DNA of 64,000 nucleotides from Chrysemys picta bellii. Taxonomy: Eukaryota. This document shows positions 9,715-21,700 of the stretch, piece after piece. The translations under genes were made by a program, and so were the position numbers. The notes beneath the pieces were generated by a model. The model did no database searches. It was not told where the DNA came from and saw only the letters and a list, made by a program, of their open reading frames with translations. Where the stretch lies: positions 3,534,001 to 3,598,000 of the forward strand of contig NC_088809.1 of assembly GCF_011386835.1 (NCBI RefSeq). The letters run 5' to 3'. The number at the start of each line of letters is the position of its first letter. The first letter of the stretch is position 1.

Positions 9715-12700
9715 GTAAGTGCGGTCAGGGTCACTCTGTGCATATGATACTGTTACATCGCAATGGACCTTGGTGCCCTGGCTGTTACGAGGGACCGTAT
9801 GTACAGGCTCTCTAATGCTTTACCTGCCTGAATATGAATGCTTGAATTTCCTAATCAAAATAGGGATTTTGTGTAATGTAAGAGGCAAATATCTAGATTC
9901 CCCCAGTAGAAAGACTCAGCTTTCCCCTCCCCCATTACCATTTAAGATTATCATTAGGTTTAAAAATAGAGCAAATGTTACTACTGCCTTACGATGTATT
10001 ATTTTTATCCTTATTTCAGTATTCTGTAATTATGGTCCCAAGCCACTGTAGCTAACCTCTATTAGAAGCTGAAGTGTTTGTGGCTGTTATTGCTGACGCT
10101 CGGGATGTGCCAGGTGAGGTTTGACTCTGTGTGACTCTATTAAATGCAGGATTCTGGGTGTGATAGTAGCTGTCTGATTGAACTGAGAGCAAAACGGGCC
10201 AGTACTGAGTGGCAAATTCCTTTGCTGAGCGAGCCAGAATAGGGGGCAGGGATGGGAATGCGGAGAGAGGTGGTATGCGTGTCGATTCAGAGCAGGACTG
10301 GTTGGCATGGTGACGGCTCCAGCACTGCTCTGAGAGGATCCAGTCCTACAATATCCTGAGCGCCCTCATCTCTCATTGAACTCAATGCTTCGCGCCTCAC
10401 AGGATCAGGCCCTGAATTACCAAGCTCCATGTCCCAACAGGCTGATGAATTGTGTAATGCGTGTGCTGTTCCTCCTGGAGTGGCAGGGGCTTCCCAGGAT
10501 GATCCAAGATGCTATTTGTAAGAGTCTCCAACCAAAAACACTAGCTTAGCTGTTTGTCCTTTGAGTGGCCCCGCACCAAAACGGAATAAATATAGCAGAG
10601 TCACTCTGCTGCTTGGGTTTATTTATAGAAAGGTGCACAGTTGCTGTCTGTGTGTACATTGGTTAGCAGAGCAGGGATGGGTCTCAGAAGCCTGGCCTGT
10701 GTGAGCTATTAAAGGAGGAATCCTGTAGCTATGATACCCCCTCCCCTGAGAAAAGAGGATACTAAAGTGACTTCTGCCTGGGAGCCATTGAAAACACTGG
10801 GTGAATGGGCTGTTCCCATTGGTGTGTATAGCCCCATGCATCTCTGTAGTACCGTATAACTGAATGTGATTGTTGTGTTAACCCCTTTGCTGCTAGGCTG
10901 GGCTTGCATCTCAGGCACAGTGATCAATGGCATTAGTATGATGATTTTATTATTCATCAGTGTGCATTCAGATGAGCAACCCTGGAGCTCGGGCACATCT
11001 GCCCACACCGGATGCCCTGTCACATTCGAATGGGGGAAACTAGAGACCTGCCTCGAACCGGGTCACTGTCAAGTCCACACTGCGAAAAGCTGGTTTTCTT
11101 GGGAAGACGAGAAAGTCTGAGAATTTGCAAGGGGCGGGGGGACTTTCTTGGTTTATTCTTACTCTGCCTCTAAAAGCAGGCATGAGTCAGGCATGTGATG
11201 TTGCTATCCCCACCCCTCATGGCAGCGGCTTGCACTTGCTGCATTCAGTGGCATGCTCAGTGCTCGGTGCATTCCAAGGGTTCCTACAGACATTGCCTGC
11301 TCCCCGCCCAGTGAAACCTGCAGTCTATAACCTGCTCGTTTAGCTTGCCTGAGGTTCTCCCTGATACACTGTCGGGGTGACTGACAGCTGGCAGGCCCCT
11401 CATTTAGTTTTGCAAAGGCTTTACGTCTCCATTCCCCCCCAAACCGCTGGGTCGTGGTGGGAATCAGGAAGGGAGGCTAGTTAGAGCTCTGGTGTGCAGT
11501 GAGAGATTGCAAAGCCGAGGATTCGTTAGCTCGGGAAGGAGAAATCAGAGGGGACGGGACAGCAGTTTAAGACTGTGATGGGCCTAGTGTGGGGGTTCTC
11601 AAGCTGGGTCGCGCCCCTGTTTTAATGGGTTCACCAGGGCTAGTGTTAGACTTGCTGGGGCCCAGGGCCCAAGCCCTACCACTTGGGGCCGCAGCCGAGC
11701 CAAGGGCTTCAGCCCAGCCCCAGCTTGGGGTGGTGAGGCCTATGCAGGGTGGCCATGCTAAGGAGGGCTGCAGGGGTTATCCCTCCTCAGCTGTGCAGGT
11801 TCAGCTTCCAGTCCCTTGGGTCTGAGGACTCCTGTTCGCTCCATAGTGTCTTGGTGGGTGGGACTCATGTTCCCAGTCTCTTGAGGAAGGTCTGTGCCAC
11901 ACACTGAGAGTTGTTCCTCATGCTGGCAGCGTCTGAGCCATCCGAGGTACGCGTGTTGCTCAGAAGATGGCATTGGTGCTGAGGTGACGGCTCCAGGATA
12001 ATGGGAATATTCCCTGTTGATTTCTGTAAGCAAAATCCCTGCCCACCTTCCTGGGCTGCATCTCCCTAGCAGTGACCTGCTGCAGGGCTGGAATTTTGTG
12101 GCAGGTTATAAAATGCATATTATTTATCTGTGTGATCAGGCAGAGTCCTGGGGGCTGCATGGGTCTCTCCAGTAAATACATCTGCCAGATGCCAAAAATG
12201 ACTCTCCCAAAACAAATGTCGTCTGTAATAGGAGTCGGTAAATCCCAGGTATATAGCAGAGCAGGATGATACTAACAGAGCGAGGGCCTTCACTCATTCC
12301 TACAGAAGTCAATGGGAGCTTTGCCTGGGTAAGAATTACCTGGGCTTGGACTATATATGCAATACCACCCCCTCGACCTGGCTGTGGATGGTCAGCTGAG
12401 CAGGGGAGCTGGAGTCTGGAGGCCTGGGTTGTATTGCCAGCTCTGCCACTGAGTTAGTGTGATGCTGGGCAAGTTGCTTCCCTTCACTTTTCCCCATGTG
12501 TAGAATGAGAATAATGATACTCTGACCCCTTGGCAAGTGCTGTGAGATTGACAGATGGAAAGTGCTGCATATTCTGTTAGCCACAGTGTTTTGGGTGCAC
12601 TGGAAACATTTAGGAGTTGAGGTCATTAGGGGATTTGCTGGACAGGTGACTTGCATCAAAGGGCTTAACCTAAATTTGGAGCTGTGGTTGAGAGGGGTTT

Positions 12701-15700
12701 GGTATCACTTGTATATTCTGATTTACCCTTGAACTGTGCTTTACCTTGGCACAACCCTTCTCTAGCTAACGTGCCACATTGGTCCATTCGGCTGGCCATC
12801 CTGGCTAATGCTGCTGCCTGCTGTGTTGTTCACAGGTGGGTCTTTGTCGTCAAGAAAGGCTACCAGGACTCAGACACCTCCATCCAGAGCTCCGTCATCA
12901 CCAAGCTGAAGGGTGTGGCTTTCACCAACACCTCGGAGCTGGGAGAGAGGCTGTGGGATGTCGCCGACTATGTCATTCCCCCACAGGTTTGCACAGCGGC
13001 TCTGTTGCTGAGTCCCCTTTGCTTTATTCCTCACTTTCTTTAGCTAGAAAGACTGGGGGCTAATTCCTGCTCGGTCACTATTGGCGACTGGAATGAAGTT
13101 GCCAGTCCCTGTAGCTCTGTGAATGCCCAGGAGAGGGGCTACCAGAGAATCTCAGCTCTGTGCCTCCTTTTAGCTCTTTCCAGCGAACGCTCAGCCAGCC
13201 TCCTCTCGGCCTTGGATGGATGTCAGGCCAGGGTGCTGATCTAGCAAAGCATTTAAGCATGTGCTTAAATTTTAAGCAGGTGAGTGGTCCATTGACTTAA
13301 TTGAGACTGCTCACCTGCTTAAAGTTAAGCACATGCTTAAGCAACATGCTGGATTAGGCTCTACCTGAACAGAGCAGGCATGAGTAAATGCAGGGCCTAT
13401 CTGAGGGGGGAAGCCCAGAGGAGGAGGCGGAGGAATCAGATGATGGTGGCGCTGAGTATATGAGTTGCTCTGGTTTAACCCTCCTGGCTCGATTAATTCA
13501 AGTGTCACACATGCCCATTTCCTTGGCCAGCTGTACCTGCAGATGTGGGCTGGCCCCTGTTTGGGGGCAACCCTTGTGAGTGCACATACTGGATAAGTGA
13601 GGACTGGGTTGGGAGTTGTCCGACTTGCACTCACCAGTGGCCGTTTGCATGTCCACTTTTGCTTGCACAGTCAGTTGCATGTGCACAAAAGCCTGTGCAG
13701 GAAAAAAAAAGGGTGCGGTGGGGCATAGGGCTGAAAGTCTGACCCTTCCCAGTCTGTGACAGACTTTTACAAGACAGCAAACGCTGAGGCAGTGCAGAGG
13801 ACAGTAAAGCGAGAGCAATGTGCGTGGCAGCATGATGCAGTCCCTCTGTTGCTACCCTTTCTATCCAGTGAAGTTGTGCATGCCAATAAGAGCTTCCATC
13901 TTGTGCCCCAGTCTGTACTCACTCAGATTTGGCACCAGTGCTCTGCTCTGCTCACTAGCCCCCCCCGGACTTTACAACCAAAGCTCATTGCTAATGTGAA
14001 AAACGTGGCCTCCAGTCAGACACTCGGCATGAAACGCGCAATAAGACTCTGTGTGGTAAATGGTTGCACTGCCTGAAACTCTGTCCACCCTAGGTGGTGT
14101 CCAGGACTTTCATGCCCACTGGACCAGGTGTCGGGTGTGTACGCCCATCCGCATGAACCAGGCAGGGACACTGATAGTTATTTTCAACATGAGTCATGCA
14201 CCAGGATTTGCCACTGGCCCTGTTACTATGTCAGGTTTCAGAGTAGCAGCCGTGTTAGTCTGTATCCGCAAAAAGGACAGGAGTCCTTGTGGCACCTTAG
14301 AGACTAACAAATTTATTTGAGCATAAGCTTTCGTGGGCTACAGCCCACTTCATCGGATGCATAGAATGGAACACACAGAAAGAAGATATTTATATGGACA
14401 GAGAACATGAAAAGGTGGGAGTCGCCAGACCAACTGTAAGAGGCCAATCAATTGAGATGAGCTATCATCAGCAGGAGAGAAAAAAACCTTTGAAGTGATA
14501 ATCGAGATGACCCATAGAAGGTGTGAGGATAACTTAACATGGGGAAATAGATTCAATTAGTGTAATGACCCAACCATTCCCAGTCTCTGTTCAAATCTAA
14601 GTTAATTGTATCTAATTTGCATATTAATTCAAGTTCAGCAGTCTCTCTTTGGAGTCTGTTTTTGAAGTTTTTTTGTTGCAAAATCGCCACCTTCAAGTCT
14701 GTCACTGAGTGGTTAGGGAGGTTGAAGTGCTCTCCCACTGGTTTTTGAATGTTATGATTCCTGATGTCAGATTTGTGTCCATTTATTATTTTGCGTAGAG
14801 ACTGTCCGGTTTGGCCAATGTATATGGCACACAAGAAGGGACTGTACTTTGAAAGGAGAGTGAACGGAGCTGGTAAATGCTGCTTCCCTAGGTCTCCAGA
14901 GCTTTTGGTTTATCCTCTTGATTATGTTCAAAGTTAATGCATTTCACTCAAACCCTCTCCCAAATGCCCCAGATGCTGCTGGTTGCTGGCCCCAGCAATA
15001 ATCGATGCAGCAAAACAGGATGTGATGTTAAAGCCAAATGTATTTTTAAAAGCCAAGTAATGTTCCACTAAATAAAGTGTATTCCATCTGCAAACACAGT
15101 GCATCAGGACCCCTCCCTGGTGTGGATATAGAACATCTCTTCCAGCATATTTAGCCAATGCCATTAATAATACAGAACCAGGATGCTTGTGTCTGTATGT
15201 CACTGCAGCAATTCAAATCTATTCTATCCTATATAGGTTCTTATCCCACGTCCATCACTATAGTGTCTGAGCACTTTCCAGTAGTGCATTAAGCAATGTG
15301 ACCAACATCTGATGCACATGGTTTAGCCTTTCTGCCATCCTCTCTCTCCAGGGAGAATTGTATGTGCAGTGGAGCATTTTGTTTTGGTAGCGATTGTTTG
15401 TTTGTTTTTATGTGCCTGTTGCTCTGAGTTTATATTGGAGAAGGCAGGTCGGAGAAGTGCAGATGGCATTTGAAGCAGGAGGTGGTGAGAATTTGGGATG
15501 GTCCTTGGTTCTGGGGGTGTTCATTCCACAGTCTGGGACCAGCCCCCAAAGAAGCACTGTCTCCTGCACAGGTAAGTCTTACCTGTGTGGCGGACAGTTC
15601 CATCGGGCCTGAGGGGTGGAGTTGCTGACCACAGTCCTTATCCTGGAGCTTTAGGCTCCTTTATACATACTTATCGAGACAGGCCGTTGAGCACCTTGAA

Positions 15701-18700
15701 GATAAGGACCAAGACCTGGACCTTGACTTGCTGTTCTATAGGAGGCTAGTGTAGATAGAGTGGAGGAGAGTTGGCATTTCTTAAGCACAGAAGGCTTCAT
15801 GCCCAGGTCTATCCCATTGCTCTAGTTCAGATGAGATGTGACCAGGGTGTGTATAACAGGCCAGGTCATTGCCTGCCAGGATGGGACGGAGTCTCCTCGT
15901 CACCTGGAGATGGTAGAAGGCATTACTTGCTAGTCTACACTGGCAATGCTTAAGTGCTGCTGCGGCAGCCTTTAACGTGGCTTGTGTAGTCACGGCATAG
16001 TGCTGGGAGAGAGCTCTCCCAGCGCTCTAAAAAACCCACCTCCACGAGGGGAATAGCGCCAAGTGCTGATGCGCTGTCTACACTGGCACTTCACCGCGCT
16101 GAAACTTGCTGTACTCGGGGGGGTGTTTTTTCACACCCTGAGTGAGAGAGTTGCAGTGCTGTAAATTGCCAGTGTAGACAGGCCCTTTGTGCCAGTGAGG
16201 ATTCCAGGACCAGAAGCCTCCTAAACTATGGACTGAATCAGATTAGTGGGAAAGACGGATCAGCTGAAGACGCTACCACCTGAGAAGTGCTAGATCAGAA
16301 CTAGGTTTTATTATTATAAAACAACACCTATGCTGTGATGGTTTCTTATTAGCACTAATGTTTTAAAGCAGATCCTAGGAATTAAAAAGGGCTTATAAAT
16401 TTTCTTTTCTTCTTTTTTTTTTTTTTTAGGGTGAAAACATTTTCTTCGTTATGACAAATCTGATTGTGACCCCAAACCAAAGGCAGGACACATGCCCTGA
16501 GGTAGGAAGAACTGCCCCCACTTCCTTGACCCCCCCCCCCAAATATGGATACGAATGGACAAAGAGGAAAGTTGAGAAACTTGAATACTTGAGAGGCTGT
16601 GAACGTAGCTGGGAGGCCGGGGTTCTCTCAGGCCTGTACAAGAGTAACTCGACAAGGGAAGAAGGGGATTAGGCCTTGGGGAGGGCAGAATCAGCTGGCC
16701 TAATTTTCAGAGGTGCTAAGCACTTTACATCCTCCATTGACTTCAATGAGAAGTGCAGGACCTCAGCACCACTGGAAATCAGGCCATAACAGCCATTAGA
16801 GAAAGGTAACCTTTTAGCTAAGGGAGAGTGGTCATATGAGGAGATCAAGTGGAGTCCAAATGAAACAATCCTGGGTTTTGTGTAGAGAAGACTCTTGCAG
16901 TAATGCCAGAAGAACGAGCCCGTAGCCAGGGGTGGTCTCAGAGCACCCCCTCATGGCGTGAGGTAACCCTGCAGGCTCCCAGCCTTATATCCCTATTAGT
17001 TCTTTACAATAATTTACAGTCAGGCCGGAATACTTAAAATAGGATCCCCCTTTGTGAGGTCTTATCTATTTAGTCTTCTCCCAAATACAAACTCCTTTAG
17101 CCCGTTGGGCCAACAACCCTTCTCCTTCATTCTGGACTCCCCAGCCCTCCTCCTGGGGCCTATGTGCTGATTCAAACAAGCTTCCTCTCCTTTGTTCAGG
17201 AGACCCACAGAAGATCTCCTGGAGCCTGTGTGCTGTAGCCTTAAACCAGCTTCCCCCAGCTTTGTAGTTCAGTCCTTTTCTCGCTGGGCAGGCAGAGGGC
17301 AGCAGTCCTTCCGCTATGTGTCCATCGCACAATGTCTCCTGCCCTCTTTCCCAAAGCTTGCCTTGGTTGGCTAGGAGAGAGGGAGCCTGTCCCCATCCTA
17401 CACTACAAGAGACAATACTCTGGGTTTTCTGCAAACTCTAATTATTCCCCGAGATCACTTCCTCTCTCACAACACTTACCTGACCCCTGATCCCTGCTAG
17501 CCTTAAAGGGGACAGTTCCCCTGTTACAGGCCCCAACCTGAGAGGTGCTGAACACCCGCAGTTCCCACTAACTCCTGCTCAGCACCTTTCAGGATTGGGT
17601 CCTAAATTAGGCAAGGAACAGGAGTTCTTTCCAGTCCTATCATAAAAGACTCAGAGGAGTCCCAGTTCAGTAGTGCCCAGAGCCTGAGTTGGCGGGCTGC
17701 TGTCGGTCATAAACATGTAGAAATGTTTTGCTTCATTATTTATCATCTCACCAGCATCCTTACTAACTTTGCCCTATCCTGTGCCAATTTTTGTAGCAAA
17801 CACCAGCAGTGGTCAACCCATCAGGCAGTTGGGAAAGCCAGTGTGTTGGTAACAAGCTCTCAGGGCTGAGGCCTAGTTAATGACCGTCATTTCCTCTGGC
17901 TGGGCTCCATATCTGTCTGAAGAGGTCATCTGAAATTAAGCACTCTGGAGGCCTGCCAGACAACGGAGCTTAGCTGGGTAAAACAACACTGCCCTCAAGT
18001 GGCCAGGCTAGCACAGCATGCAGAGATGGAAGAGGAATAAGAATGTGTCCAATCAAACAGGATGTCTCTGCTTTATTTCAGAGTGAGAAAGTTTTTAGAT
18101 TAAAGCAAAGGTGGCATTATCCCATCATCTTAATGATAGTTTGTTTCCTCCTGCTTGTTTCTAGAGACCTGTGAGAGCCAAGGAGTGCAATCTGTTTTTC
18201 TCTCACACAATTGTTCAGATGCTAGTGATTGGCATTGCATAAAAAATAACATGATAGAGAGACCCAGTCCCTGGGTACATTACTGGTTTGTTACTGCAGG
18301 GCTGCTCTTGAGTGCTAGCATGCACACCCATTTGTTAAACTATAAATTTCCTCCAGGACAATTATATTTTATATGTTATCCCCACTGCATAAGGGATGAA
18401 CTCGGTGGCTCTTTGTAAAGGTGACCTAATTACCCTACTGAAATGATTCTTGTAATCCTCATGGAAGTATGCCAGAGAGAATTTAGGGATTTCCTAAAGC
18501 ACCTACATGACCTAGGAGAACAAGGGACTCAAGTTTCTAAATGACTTAGTAGCAGAGGGGTAGCCGTGTTATTCTGGATCTGTAAAAAGCGACAAAGAGT
18601 CCTGTGGCACCTTATAGACTAACAGACGTCTGTTAGTCTATGAGGTGCCACAGGACTCTTTGTCGCTTTTTAAATGACTTAGGTATTTTTTGAAAGTCTC

Positions 18701-21700
18701 ACCCTATTACTGTGATGAGGAGGAAGAAAAACGTAATATTTTACTCCCCTATCAAAAAACTTGTTTATCCAGCCTGAGTGGATGAGTGAATTTTGGGAGG
18801 CTGACATGAGTTCAGATGTATCCCTTTCACTTAGTTCTTCACCCCCACAATGCAAATCTAAGTGTTTTTGGGGTGGCGGGTACATGAAGTTCTACGTGGA
18901 GGAGCGTTCCAGTGAAAGCACATCATGCTTTCTATCACATGCCTTACTTGCTGCAATCATCTGCTTTGCAGAGTACTGGCATTCGAGACGCACTGTGCAG
19001 CAAGAACAGGGACTGCCCTGCGGGGGAAGCTGTGATAGCTGGCAATGGTAAGAGATGAGATCATCCCCCTGCACTTCTTGTGCAATGAGCTTGCCTTCTG
19101 AGGAAGACAGTTCTCTACTTAAGAACTTAGCTTGAGAAGATGATTGGAGGAGGAGGGAGAGATTTATGGGAGTCTCTGTCTCAGAATAACGGCGGTGTTG
19201 CAAGTCAGGACTGAGGTGTCTTGGCAGAGCTTTATGGGAGTCTCTCAGTGAGAAGTGGGATGTAGGTCAGGATTCAAGTGCCTTGGGAGAGCTTGAGAAA
19301 GTGGCCATAGAGGTGGACCCAGGACTAGAAGCTGGGGGTCCTGCAGGATGGAGATGCATCAGCAGAGCTGTGGGGAAATCAGGTGCCACACCTGCACTAA
19401 CCAGTGTTCTTAGTCTTCTCTTTTCATGAGCACAAAGCCGACATAAATTAAATTAATAATGTATTTTACCATTGGTAGCAGCAGCCGGGCAGGGTCAGGT
19501 GGCTAAGGCACCTAGACTGGGCCTAACAGGATTCTTGATGCTTGGCATTAAATGTATTGCAGAATCCCCAAGGATCTCCCCGGGGCAGAGATTTCACAGC
19601 ATGTCTCTGGCTCTGAATGCAGCAGGCTGGGAGTCTGGCTCAAGAGAAGTTGCCCAAGACATGTGGCATGAGTAACTGGGTAAAGAGCTGTGGAGGAGAG
19701 GTGTGCTGGAGTAGTGGCAAGGCCTGGGCACTGACCTGGCCAGTCAGCAAAACTCTTTGGAGGCTGGTTGAGGAAAGCGAAGTGGGAAATGATAGAGCAT
19801 GAGTAATTCTGTCCTTGTGCTTTCCTGCACTTGGTCTGTGCACAGCAGGGGAGGGACAAAGGAGGAACACAAGATGAAAATGTATTTGCAACACATGATA
19901 TCGGGAACACTCCCTTTTTAACAGGAGATGGCAAGATACAGGATGTGTCCATTGCTGTCCCTGGGCAAGAGCCCTGGTCACTCCAGAGCAGTTGGGACTG
20001 TGACCTTGGGTCTGGGCCATAACCCCAGGAGGTTTTTTTGTTTGTTTGTTTTTTGGTGTGGGGGGGTGTCACTGCATATTCTTGCACATCTTGTTGGCCC
20101 TGAGCCATAAATGTTCCTCCTCCCCGTGTGCTATAAAGGGTGGTTGATGATTCACAGCAGCCCAGCTCTTGCATTCCAAAGTGACCTGACTTTTCCAAAC
20201 GGAATCAACTGTACCAGGAGGCCCAGCCTGAGCCGGGCATTATAGCATGGTCAGCAGTGCCCCCCAAGAGCCCTGAGACTGAGGTCCGCAATTAACAAAG
20301 GCTCAAGGGCTCCTTGGAGGAAAGGGAACCCCTGGATGTGCCATGTTGGACAGCTGTTCTTTTGGGAGATGAAAGCAAATACCATGCTGAGCTGCTGGGA
20401 CTGTCATGGTCCCAGATGTCTCCAGTCAGTAACTGAGAGGGAGCAGCAGTGACTTCACTCTCAACCATCTTTATTTGAGATCACTGACTTGTTTACAGCC
20501 CATTTAAACGGAGCTCTGCTAAATCAAATGGTTTACAGTCACCCTGCCAAGATACCCTGAGGCTGCTCAGAAAAGCAACAACAGAGCAGTTGTTCAAGCA
20601 GGGAGAGAACATTTCACAGCTGGGAGGATTTAGGGTTACAATGAAGACAAAGTAACGTTTAATCTGCCCTAGTGGGCCAGGGAAAAGGGAGGTGCCAGCC
20701 TTGAGTGACCTTTTCCATGACCTTGTCTGCCCCACAGGGGTCAAGACTGGCCGCTGTTTGAAAGTCGGGAGCAACACCAATGGGACGTGTGAAATATTAG
20801 CGTGGTGTCCGGTGGAGAAAAAGTCCAAGCCCAAGTATGTTCCCCTTCTTGCATTGTTATTGAGCATGCGTTGCCTGGCTTTTGTCTTATTTTGAAGCAT
20901 GACTTCTGTTTCCTAACAAGCAACTGAAGATAAGTCGCTGGGTTGTATTTGCAGAGATTCCCGTTGGCTTGATCGCACGAGGTTAGAAAACATCTGCTAT
21001 GTTTAAAATGTGCCAGGGCAGCAGGAAATTCTGCATGAGGGCCCGTACCTTGCTCCTTCTAAAGATGGTGCACATGCTTCTTGCAGGGCATCTTCCAGCC
21101 CTTGCTATTCCCTGACTCCCCCTAACACTGCCCTTTTCTCAAACAACTCACTGACAAAACACAATAACTGAGGTAGGCTGGCCAAAGGGGAAGAGTGTGG
21201 AACAGAACTGATTCTCAATAGGAGCCAAGGGTCTGGGAGCAGCAGCCCTTTCTCTGTCTTCAGGGGGCATTCTGCAGGATTGGACTCCAATTCTGCTTAT
21301 TACATGAACATGTCCGTTAAATGTCTAAACAATGGGCAGAAGAACAATGACTATAAAGCCAAGAGAATTTTGCCCCCTCTCTTTCAGGAAACCGCTTTTA
21401 GCGACTGCAGAAAACTTCACCGTTTATATCAAAAACTCGATCCGCTTCCCTAAGTTTAAATTCTCCAAGTAAGTGTCTGCCTGTCTCTGTTTCTTTCTCT
21501 CTCAGCAATCTTTCTTTTGTCAATAATCCAAATGGCTTCTGTGTTTTTCTCCTCAATGCATGTGGGCATGTGATCTGAGCACTCCTCTCTAGGATGGTGA
21601 CTGTTTCCTTGGTAACCGGAGGACAGTATTTGGTTTCTGGCTATGTAGGAGCAGGGAAGGTAATGAAGGATTTGAGCTTAGGGGAAGATTTTCAGTCTGG

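Noticed and set aside
19548-20198. 216-aa minus-strand ORF in P2RX5 intron 4
   Set aside because: Non-ATG start, crosses a simple repeat (KKQTNKK), no recognisable domain
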